A stretch of DNA of 64,000 nt from Candidatus Eiseniibacteriota bacterium (GTDB lineage Bacteria > Eisenbacteria > RBG-16-71-46), in NCBI GenBank assembly GCA_016710095.1, contig JADJLL010000005.1, positions 1,573 to 65,572 on the forward strand. The letters run 5' to 3'. This document shows, in pieces, positions 18,524 through 26,181 of this stretch. A program made the position numbers and the translations under genes. How positions within the stretch are numbered: position 1 is the first letter of the stretch; each line of letters opens with the position of its first letter. The notes beneath the pieces are model-generated. The model had not been told where the DNA came from and did not search any database. It saw nothing but the letters and a program-made list of their open reading frames with translations.

Positions 18524-19975
18524 CTACGCCGCGCGCGCCTCGTCGTCGCCGGGCTCTTCCACCGGCGGCACGTCGGCTTCGATCGCTCCGCGGAGCGCGT
18601 CGAGCGACTCCGGGCACAGGCCCGTGCCGCGATCCTGCTCCATGATCGTGATGGCGTCCTCGGGCGCGAGCGCCGGGCGGTAGGGCCGCCGCGTGCTGAG
18701 CGCGTCGTAGATGTCCGCCACCGCGAGCAGCCGCGAAAGCTCCGGGATCTGGTCGCCGCGCAGCCCGCGGCAATAGCCGCTGCCGTCGAGCCGCTCGTGA
18801 TGCGCGGCCGACGCGAAGGCGAGCCACTCGAAGCCGCTGATGTGCTCGAGGATGCGCTCGGTGAAGTACGAGTGCATGCGCATCACTTCCCATTCGGACG
18901 GCGTGAGCGGGCCGGGCTTGTCGAGGATCGAGTTCGGCACGGAGAGCTTGCCGAGATCGTGCAGCAGCGCCGCGCGGCGCAGCTCCGCGATGTCCGGTTC
19001 GCTCCAGCCGCGTTCGTGCGCGATCGAGACCGCGACTTCGGTCACGCGCTGCGAATGCGCGCCGGTGAACGGCGACTTCGCGTCCACGACTTCGGCGAAG
19101 ATGCGCGCGACGCGATCGGTCGCGCCGGGGCCGGCGAGCAGCGCCGCGCCGCCGGGCTCGCGCTCCACCACGAGCTTGAGCAGGTCGTGCGTGTCGAGCG
19201 TGCACCAGTGCGCGATGTCGCGTTCGACACCCGAGCAGGCGGACGCGACGAGCGGATCGAACCAGCGTCCTGCGCGCTGGCGCACGAGCGCCAGCGCATG
19301 CTCGACTCCGCCGCGCATCGCGAACACCTCGAGCGTCTGCGCGAGCGTGAGCACGCGCGCGAGGATCGAGATCTCCTCACCGCGCAGGCCGCGCGGATGC
19401 CCGCGGCCGTCCCAGTGTTCGTCGAGCTGGCGCACGGCGTCCGCGGCGGCGGGCCCGAGGTCGAGCTGCAGCACGATCTCCGCGCCGCGCTCGCAGCGCA
19501 CCTCGACGAGTTCCGACGCGACGCGCGGTCCGCGGCGTGCGAGCTCCGCGATGCGGCGCGTGCGCTCGAACAGCGACGCGCCCGGCGCGGCGTGCGCCAT
19601 CGCGTAGAACGCCGCGCGGAAGTAGTTCGACCAGTCCACCAGCATGCGTGCGCCCTTGGCCTGGCGATCGTCGCCGCCGAAGAGCCCGAACACGAGCGCC
19701 GCGTTGGAGGAACACCCGATGTCCTTGAGCAGCGCCGCGTAGTACAGGTCGCGCTGCTGGTGGAGCGACAGGCCGAGCCGCTGGCCGAGCTCCATGGCGA
19801 TCAGGTTCGTGCGCAGCGCGTGCCCCATCGGCTGCCCCTCGGTCAGGTCGAGCGAGAAGGACAGCGCGGAGAGCAGGTCGGAGAAGCGAACGGAGTTCGC
19901 CACGGGTGCGCGCGCGCGGAGTGTCACGCCGCCAGTATCGGAACGGACCGGCCCCGGGTTGAGGGCAGACCGCAT
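18524..19975 (-). CDS. HD-GYP-type phosphohydrolase with a degenerate N-terminal HD-like domain (start uncertain, 19927-20071 possible)
   Basis: The C-terminal domain carries HDLGKLSVP...HHERLDGSGYCRGL...ADIYDALS. The N-terminal copy carries LLKDIGCS...HWDGRGHPRGLRGEEI. Confidence 0.8.
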   Translation of the reverse strand: MRSALNPGPVRSDTGGVTLRARAPVANSVRFSDLLSALSFSLDLTEGQPMGHALRTNLIAMELGQRLGLSLHQQRDLYYAALLKDIGCSSNAALVFGLFGGDDRQAKGARMLVDWSNYFRAAFYAMAHAAPGASLFERTRRIAELARRGPRVASELVEVRCERGAEIVLQLDLGPAAADAVRQLDEHWDGRGHPRGLRGEEISILARVLTLAQTLEVFAMRGGVEHALALVRQRAGRWFDPLVASACSGVERDIAHWCTLDTHDLLKLVVEREPGGAALLAGPGATDRVARIFAEVVDAKSPFTGAHSQRVTEVAVSIAHERGWSEPDIAELRRAALLHDLGKLSVPNSILDKPGPLTPSEWEVMRMHSYFTERILEHISGFEWLAFASAAHHERLDGSGYCRGLRGDQIPELSRLLAVADIYDALSTRRPYRPALAPEDAITIMEQDRGTGLCPESLDALRGAIEADVPPVEEPGDDEARAA

Positions 19976-20207
19976 TTCCCGGCATTTACACGCGAGGGCC
20001 CCGCGGGCCCGGCCGTCGCGCTCCGATACCCCGAACGAAACGCCGCGATGCCGACCGGCCGTCGGCCGCATCCCAAGCGTGTCGAGGGTGGCTTTCGCGC
20101 GCGAGCGCGGGCTACCATTGCAGCGGAAAAGCCATCAGTGGAGTTCGCCGCCGGGCCCAGAGCGCACGCTTCCGCCCGGCTCGACCGCACCTCGCACAGG
20201 AGTCGGC

Positions 20208-22166
20208 ATGGCCCCCGGTTCGCCCCGTTCCTTCCCGGTCGCACTCGCGCTCGCCGCGCTGTTCCTCGCGCTCGCCGCGGCGCCGGCCTTCGCGCTCAAG
20301 GTCACGACCTGGAACCTGCTCGCGTACGACCAGACCACCTGCGTCGGCCGGCAGCCGCACTTCCGCACCGTGATGGCGGCCATGAATCCCGACGTCGTGA
20401 TCGCGCAGGAGCTCAACTCCGCCGCGGGCAAGGACTCGTTCCTCGTGAACGTGCTCAACGTCGTGCAGCCGGGCGAATGGACGGGCACGTGGCTCGCGCT
20501 CGGCACCGAGGGCGGCGCGATCTTCTGGAAGCCGGCCAAGGTGAACGTGCAGAACATCACGAGCGTGGCGACCGGCGGGCCGCGCCCTGCGCTCGTCGGA
20601 CTCGTGAAGCCGGTCGGCTACCTCAAGAACCCGGGCTGGTTCCGGCTCTACTCGATCCACTTCAAGGCGGGAACCGCGGACACGGCGACGCGCCACATGG
20701 AGTGCTCGAACCTGCGCACCACGCTCAACAACCAGGTCACGACCGTCGTCGGCACGAACTTCCTGCTCGGCGGCGACACGAACTTCTACGGCGACTGGGA
20801 GAGCGGCTACCAGCGGCTCACCGAATCACAGGCCGACAACGACGGGCGCTGCCTCGACCTCTACAGCATGCCCGGCACGTGGAACCAGTTCGCGTACCGC
20901 ACCGTGCACACGCAGTGCCCCTGCCTGAGCGGCTGCGGACCGAACTTCTCCGGCGGCGGCATGGACGATCGCTTCGACATGATCCTGCAGTCGACGTCGC
21001 TGCGTGACGGCGCGGGCCTCGACCTGATCCCCACCGGGTACAAGGCGTTCGGCAACGACGGGCAGCACTACAACGACAACATCGACGGAGGCGGCTTCAA
21101 CACCGCCGTGCCGCTGTCGGTGGCGACGGCGCTCCGCAACGCCGCCGACCACATTCCCGTCGTGCTCGAGCTCCAGCTGCCCGCCAAGACGAGCGCGCCG
21201 CACGCGTTCGCGCTCGGCGACGCGATCGTCGGCGCGACGCACGCGCTGCCGCTGACCGTCGCGAACTCCGGCCCCACGCCGGCCGACACGCTGCGCTACA
21301 CGCTGACCGCGCCCGCGGGATTCGGCGCGCCGGCCGGCAACTTCAAGGCGGCCTCCGGCGTCGCGGGCAACGCGCACTCGATCTCGCTCGTCACGAGCAC
21401 GACCGGCGTGAAGGCCGGCACGCTCACCGTGAACTCGAACGATCCCGACACGCTCGCGAAGAGCGTCGCGCTCTCCGGCCGCGTGCTCGCGCATGCGGCG
21501 CCCTCGCTCGACTCGGCGGCCGTGCTCACCGCGCAGTCGCTCGACCTCGGCCAGTACCCGGCGGTCGGCTTCCCCGACGGCGAGGTCCGCGTGCACAACA
21601 AGGGCTGGGGCGCGCTCCAGGCGAGGCTCTCCGTGGCATCGGCGAACATCACCGGCGGCGCGGGACGGTTCTCGATCCCCGGCGGCTTCACTCCCGCGCT
21701 GCTCTCGGGCACGGGACAAACCTGGCCGGTGCGGTTCGACGCCGTGGGCGCGACCGCCGAGTCCACCTACACGGCGACGCTCACGTTCGGCACCGCGGAC
21801 GAGGCGCTGCCCGGTGCGACGGCGCTCTCGAATCTCACGGTCAGCCTGCAGGCGCGGGTGAGCGCGGCAGGTGTCGAAGTGGGCGGCGGCGCGCTGCGCT
21901 TCATGCCGCCGCGCCCGAACCCGGCGCGCGGCGTGACCGAGATGGCGTTCGAGCTGCCGACCGAGCTGGCCGTCGACCTCGCGGTCTACGACCTCGGCGG
22001 ACGGCGGCTCGCGACGCTCGCCAGTGGCCGGATGAGCGCCGGGCAGCACTCCGTGCGCTGGGATGCCGGCCTCGCCGACGGCCGTAAGACGGCTGCGGGC
22101 CTGTACTTCGTCCGCTTCACCGCCGGCGGCCTGACCAAGGTGTCGAGATTGGTCCTGCTGCCGTAA
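20208..22166 (+). CDS. exported endonuclease/exonuclease/phosphatase (EEP) family protein with beta-sandwich modules and C-terminal FlgD-Ig/T9SS-like sorting domain
   Basis: AGGAG lies 5 nt before ATG 20208. Signal peptide ...LALAAAPAFA. EEP motifs: KVTTWNLL, IAQELN, SIHFKAG, GGDTNFY, DDRFDMIL, DHIPVVLEL. Tail PNPARGVTEMAFELP..VDLAVYDLGGRRLATL...GLYFVRFTAGG. Confidence 0.85.
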   Translation: MAPGSPRSFPVALALAALFLALAAAPAFALKVTTWNLLAYDQTTCVGRQPHFRTVMAAMNPDVVIAQELNSAAGKDSFLVNVLNVVQPGEWTGTWLALGTEGGAIFWKPAKVNVQNITSVATGGPRPALVGLVKPVGYLKNPGWFRLYSIHFKAGTADTATRHMECSNLRTTLNNQVTTVVGTNFLLGGDTNFYGDWESGYQRLTESQADNDGRCLDLYSMPGTWNQFAYRTVHTQCPCLSGCGPNFSGGGMDDRFDMILQSTSLRDGAGLDLIPTGYKAFGNDGQHYNDNIDGGGFNTAVPLSVATALRNAADHIPVVLELQLPAKTSAPHAFALGDAIVGATHALPLTVANSGPTPADTLRYTLTAPAGFGAPAGNFKAASGVAGNAHSISLVTSTTGVKAGTLTVNSNDPDTLAKSVALSGRVLAHAAPSLDSAAVLTAQSLDLGQYPAVGFPDGEVRVHNKGWGALQARLSVASANITGGAGRFSIPGGFTPALLSGTGQTWPVRFDAVGATAESTYTATLTFGTADEALPGATALSNLTVSLQARVSAAGVEVGGGALRFMPPRPNPARGVTEMAFELPTELAVDLAVYDLGGRRLATLASGRMSAGQHSVRWDAGLADGRKTAAGLYFVRFTAGGLTKVSRLVLLP

Positions 22167-22175
22167 GGAAATCCG

Positions 22176-22400
22176 TCACCCCTTCGAGCCCTGGTCGGGA
22201 TCCTCCCCGGCCGGGGCTTCTTCATTTCCGGCAGGCTCGAATCCCGGACACGAAAGCACGGGCAGGCGGGGATAGCGCGGATAGGCCGGATCGAGTTTCG
22301 ACCGCTCGCACAGCAGGAATTCGCTGCGCGGTGTGAGCACGTGCTTCACGTGCGCGCAGCGATCGCAGAGTCCGGACGATCGAGGCTTCAGCAGCGGCAT
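22176..22400 (-). CDS. small Cys-rich hypothetical protein (74 aa; C-x2-C ... C ... C)
   Basis: MPLLKPRSSGLCDRCAHVKHVLTPRSEFLLCERSKLDPAYPRYPRLPVLSCPGFEP... has a zinc-ribbon-like Cys spacing. The upstream part of ORF 22176..22619 looks non-coding. Confidence 0.5.
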   Translation of the reverse strand: MPLLKPRSSGLCDRCAHVKHVLTPRSEFLLCERSKLDPAYPRYPRLPVLSCPGFEPAGNEEAPAGEDPDQGSKG

Positions 22401-22444
22401 GCGTGCGGTCTCCCGACGGTCGGATGTTGGGTGAGGGGGCTGCG

Positions 22445-22463
22445 GTGTCGGGGCAAACGACAC
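22445..22463. promoter_or_regulatory. inverted repeat GTGTCG-N7-CGACAC, candidate enhancer (UAS) about 100 bp upstream of the sigma-54 promoter
   Basis: Perfect 6-bp arms read from the sequence. The position relative to the -24/-12 element is typical for bacterial enhancer-binding proteins. Confidence 0.3.
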
Positions 22464-22561
22464 TTCTTTCGGGCTCACGGGTGCCACACGACGGACGACA
22501 ACAAGGGCCAGAAACCGCTGGTGGCTTGGTAGAGAACAGGTTGAAGGCGCGGCGCGGCGAT

Positions 22562-22577
22562 TGGCCTCCGACTTGCA
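22562..22577 (+). promoter_or_regulatory. sigma-54 (-24/-12) promoter TGGCCTCCGACTTGCA
   Basis: Matches TGGCAC-N5-TTGCW at TGGC and TTGCA with exact GG-N10-GC spacing. It sits about 60 nt upstream of ATG 22637. Confidence 0.55.
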
Positions 22578-22636
22578 GAGCATACCTGTGAAACCACACC
22601 CCTTGCTCCTGCCCCCCACGAGGAGGAGAACAAAAA

Positions 22637-22898
22637 ATGAAGAAACTGCTTCTTGCTCTGACGATGATCGCCGCGTTCGCCACGGTCGCGATGGCCGAGA
22701 GTCACTACCCCGGTGGCCCGCAGGACCAGACGGAAGACCAGACCGCCACGCCGAGACCCAGGGCGTCGGTCAGGTGATCGAACCGACTCCGGCTCCCGAC
22801 ATGGTCGTTCGTCCGGTGCCCGAGCCGGGAACGATGGCGCTGGCCTCGATGGGCCTCATCGCCTCGGCGCCGCGGCCCGCAAGCGTCGCGAGAAGTAG
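22637..22898 (+). pseudogene. tiny exported PEP-CTERM-anchored protein; needs two frame changes as sequenced
   Basis: AGGAGGAG (22621-28) lies 8 nt before ATG 22637. Signal peptide MKKLLLALTMIAAFATVAMA, with a TGA at 22775 in this frame. The next frame gives ...VIEPTPAPDMVVRPVPEPGTMALASMGLIA. The third frame gives LGAAARKRREK-stop (22896-98). Joined together these form a PEP motif, a helix and a basic tail. Confidence 0.55.
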
Positions 22899-22973
22899 CC
22901 CGACCCCCACGGCGCGCTTGTCCCCACGGGCGCGCCGACTCGGACGTCATCTGCCCAGCTGACCCCAAAAGGG

Positions 22974-23016
22974 ACGGCGGCGAGGAACCACTTCCTCGCC
23001 GCCGTGTCCGTTTTCA
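22974..23016 (+). terminator. Rho-independent terminator (14-bp stem ACGGCGGCGAGGAA / TTCCTCGCCGCCGT, loop CCAC, then GTCCGTTTTC)
   Basis: Arms at 22974-22987 and 22992-23005; T tract at 23011-23014. Confidence 0.75.
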
Positions 23017-23031
23017 GTAGTATCGCGCGCC

Positions 23032-25152
23032 ATGTCCCGACCCTCGAACACTCCCGAGTCCCGCGCGAAGACCGCAGCGAAGCGCCCGTCGCCGCTGCTG
23101 GTCCACGCCTCGTCGACGCCCGACCCCGCGCAGGCGCGAGCGTTCACGCTCGCCGGCCTCGTCACGATCGCCGCGTACGCGGTCGCCGTCCTCGCGATCC
23201 AGATGCGCGCGCACCCCGTGGGCGACGTCTTCACCGAGACCGACTTCTACGGCGCGTACGCCGAAGGCGCGCGCCTGATCCAGCACGGCAAGCTCGACCC
23301 CTCGCGCTACGGCGTGATCGGCCCCGTCTACGAGATCGCGCTCGCGCTCGCCGGCGCGATCTTCCGCGACCTCTACGTGGCGGCTCAGGCGCTCTCGCTC
23401 GCGGGCATGATCGTCACGCTGTGGGCGTGGCAACGGCTGTGGACCGTGCGCGCCAACGCCGCGACCGCTTGCGCCGGGCTGCTGCTGCTCGTGGTGAACG
23501 GCCAGTTCCTGCGCTGGGGCTACTCGGTCACGACCGACGCGGTCGCGCTCGCGCTGCAGTCGCTCGCGTTGCTGCTGCTGCTCGGACGCACGCTCACGCC
23601 GCGTCGCGCCGTGACGGCGGGCGCGGTCGCCGCGCTCGCCTTCCTCACGCGCTACAGCGCCGTCGCGCTGCTGCCCGCGGGACTGCTCGCCGTGCTCGCG
23701 GGCGGCACCGACACGCCGCGCGAACGCCGGCGCGAGGTCGCGCTCGCGTTCGCCGCCGGCTTCGCCGGACTCGTGCTGCCGTGGATGGCGTACTCGTTCG
23801 CGAGCGGCGCGCGCACGACGTTCCAGCTGCACCACAACATCGCGTACGAAGTGTTCGCGCGCTCGCGCGGCATCGCGTGGGACACGTACCAGCGCGAGAT
23901 GCAGCCGCAGTTCCCGACGCCGTGGTCCGTGCTCGCGCGCGATCCCGGCGCCGTCTTCGCGCGCATGGCGCTCAACGTCGTCGAGCACTTCCGGCTCGAC
24001 GCCGAAAAGGTCGCGGGCTTGCCGCTCGCCGCGGCCGCGCTCGCGGGCGTCGCACTCGCCTGGCGCGACGGTGCGCTCAAGCGCTTCTGGCCCGTGCTCG
24101 CCGCGGCCGCGCTCACGTTCCTCGCGCTCGTGCCCGCGTTCCATTCCGAGCGCTACTCGCTCCCGCTGCTGCCCGTGTGGGCGACGTTCGCGGCGCTCGC
24201 GTTCTCCTCGCCGCTGCTGGCGCTCGCGCTCGACGCGGGTCGTGGCCGCCGTGTGTGGCTCAAGGCGCTGCTGATCGCGTTGCCGCTCGCGCTCGCCGTG
24301 CGTGAGTCCGCCGCGCTGCAGCGCCGCACGCTCGCGCTGCTGCCGGTCGAGGCGCGCACGCTGGCGCTCGAGACGCGCGGCGAGTTCCGCCCGGGCGACA
24401 AGGTCATCGCGCGCAAGCCGCACTTCGCGTTCTACGCCGGCCTGACGCCGGTGCCGTTCCCGTTCGCCGACTCGCTGTCGCAGATCGCGTCCGTGGCGCG
24501 CGAACAGGGCGTGCGCTGGCTGTACTTCTCGTGGCCCGAGGCCGAGATGCGCCCCGCCGTGTCGTTCCTGCTCGACACGACCTCGCGCGTGCCCGGACTG
24601 CGCGTCGTGCGCGCGGTGAAGGATCACCCGGCGGTGCTCTACGAAATCCTCCCCGGCTTCGGGCCGGAACCGGAGTGGTTCATCGATTCCGGCATCCGGG
24701 AACTCCATCGCGCCCGCGCGAAACTGCTCGTCGATCGAACCGATTGGCGTGCCCGGGTGTATGTCGCTCTGTACGAACGCCGGCTCGAGCACTGGGAAGC
24801 CGCCCAGCAGCTGCTCGACGAAGCGTTGCCATGGGCCGGCGAGGATCCCGAGTTGTACCTGCTGACGGCGGACAATCTCGCGCAGTCCGGAAGCCCCGGA
24901 GCCGCGCGCACGATGCTCGATCGCGCCGAGCCGCTCGTCGGCGGCGATCCGCGCGTCGCGCTGACCCGTGGCTGGATCGCGGCCGTGGACAACGATCCGG
25001 CCGGCGCCGCGCGGTGGTGGCGTCCGCTGATCGAGTACACCGACGACGCACGCACGCTGTACCGCATGCACGACGTGTTCGCCGCCACGAAGGACGGCGC
25101 CGCGCAGGCGGCCGTGGACGCGAAGCTGCGCGCGCGAGGGCTGAAGCCGTGA
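23032..25152 (+). CDS. GT-C-fold (ArnT/PMT, GT39-like) polytopic membrane protein with C-terminal TPR-like region
   Basis: 706-aa product. About 12 hydrophobic helices follow a short cytoplasmic N-terminus, and a soluble helical-repeat C-terminus follows them (EAAQQLLDEALPWAGEDPELYLLTADNLAQSGSPGAA...). The family call rests on topology and pattern, not a diagnostic motif. Confidence 0.6.
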   Translation: MSRPSNTPESRAKTAAKRPSPLLVHASSTPDPAQARAFTLAGLVTIAAYAVAVLAIQMRAHPVGDVFTETDFYGAYAEGARLIQHGKLDPSRYGVIGPVYEIALALAGAIFRDLYVAAQALSLAGMIVTLWAWQRLWTVRANAATACAGLLLLVVNGQFLRWGYSVTTDAVALALQSLALLLLLGRTLTPRRAVTAGAVAALAFLTRYSAVALLPAGLLAVLAGGTDTPRERRREVALAFAAGFAGLVLPWMAYSFASGARTTFQLHHNIAYEVFARSRGIAWDTYQREMQPQFPTPWSVLARDPGAVFARMALNVVEHFRLDAEKVAGLPLAAAALAGVALAWRDGALKRFWPVLAAAALTFLALVPAFHSERYSLPLLPVWATFAALAFSSPLLALALDAGRGRRVWLKALLIALPLALAVRESAALQRRTLALLPVEARTLALETRGEFRPGDKVIARKPHFAFYAGLTPVPFPFADSLSQIASVAREQGVRWLYFSWPEAEMRPAVSFLLDTTSRVPGLRVVRAVKDHPAVLYEILPGFGPEPEWFIDSGIRELHRARAKLLVDRTDWRARVYVALYERRLEHWEAAQQLLDEALPWAGEDPELYLLTADNLAQSGSPGAARTMLDRAEPLVGGDPRVALTRGWIAAVDNDPAGAARWWRPLIEYTDDARTLYRMHDVFAATKDGAAQAAVDAKLRARGLKP

Positions 25153-26039
25153 CGCGCCCGCCCGTGACGCATCGCCTCGCCACCGCCGCGCTCGCGCTGC
25201 TGCTGCTCGCCGCCGTCGCCGGGCCGGCGCTCGCGAAAGAGAAGAAGAAGCCGAAGCCGCCGCGCGTACCCGCCGTCGCGCCCGTCGCCGACTCGGTGAC
25301 CGTGGGGCTGTGGCGCTTCGACGAAACGCTCGGCCTGCAGGCCGCGGACTCCGGACCGTTCCGCCTCGCGGGCGTCGCGGGACCGGACACGCGCGCCGCG
25401 TTCGGGCGCTTCCGCAACGGCCGCGAGTTCCCGGCGGCCGCGCAGGCGTTCGTGGTGGTGCCGTACAACCCCGTGCTCGATCTCGAGCACCGCTTCACGA
25501 TCGAGGCGTGGGTGTACGTGAACGCCGTGAGCGACGGCACGCTGCAGACGATCGCCGCGCGCTGGTCGCCGCTCGTGAACGAGCAGCTCTGGGCGTTCGG
25601 CGTGAGTGGGCGCGCGCTCGACTCGGCCACGCTCGGCAACCCGTACGCCGACCTCCTGAGCGGCGCGTCGCCCCTGCACCTCGTGTTCGCCTACCGCTCC
25701 GGCCAGTCCACGCAGACGCAGACGATCGTGTCGGTGGGCGAACTGCCGCTCGAGCGCTGGTTGCACGTCGCGGCGACGATCGACGGCGAAGTCGCGACGC
25801 TGTACGTCGAAGGCCGTCTCGACTCGCAGGTCGCGATGCCGTACACGATGCGCACGGGCCCCGTGCCGCTGATGTTCGGCAACACGCTCGATTCACACCG
25901 GCTGACGGACTTCGGCGGCGACCTGCGCGTGGACACGATCGGCCAGCGCTTCAAGGGCGACCCGCTCGACGGGCTGCTCGACGAGGTCCGCCTCTCGAGC
26001 GCCGCGCGCACGACGTTCGAATCCGCGCCGCCGCGATGA
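25149..26039 (+). CDS. exported LamG/concanavalin-A-like lectin domain protein
   Basis: GTG 25149 overlaps the upstream stop (GTGA). Signal peptide LATAALALLLLAAVAGPALA. Pattern LWRFDE...FTIEAWVY...WLHVAATIDGEVATLYVEGRL...DEVRLS is typical of LamG-type domains. Confidence 0.7.
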   Translation: MTRPPVTHRLATAALALLLLAAVAGPALAKEKKKPKPPRVPAVAPVADSVTVGLWRFDETLGLQAADSGPFRLAGVAGPDTRAAFGRFRNGREFPAAAQAFVVVPYNPVLDLEHRFTIEAWVYVNAVSDGTLQTIAARWSPLVNEQLWAFGVSGRALDSATLGNPYADLLSGASPLHLVFAYRSGQSTQTQTIVSVGELPLERWLHVAATIDGEVATLYVEGRLDSQVAMPYTMRTGPVPLMFGNTLDSHRLTDFGGDLRVDTIGQRFKGDPLDGLLDEVRLSSAARTTFESAPPR

Positions 26040-26181
26040 CGCGGGCCGCTGCCGCCCCGGCCGTCACCGGCGTTCACGCTTCGCGCACGACGTGAGCATG
26101 GTGCGCGCCCCCGGCCGCGCGGTAGCCTCGCGCCCGTTCGCGACGCACCTCCACCCGCCGCGCCCCCGCACTCGGACTTCC

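Noticed and set aside
23017-23031. A leaderless-mRNA promoter (TAGTAT 9 nt before ATG 23032) for the GT-C/TPR gene.
   Set aside because: There is no acceptable -35 element at 17 +/- 1 nt, and the hexamer sits inside the tail of the upstream terminator. The evidence is too weak.
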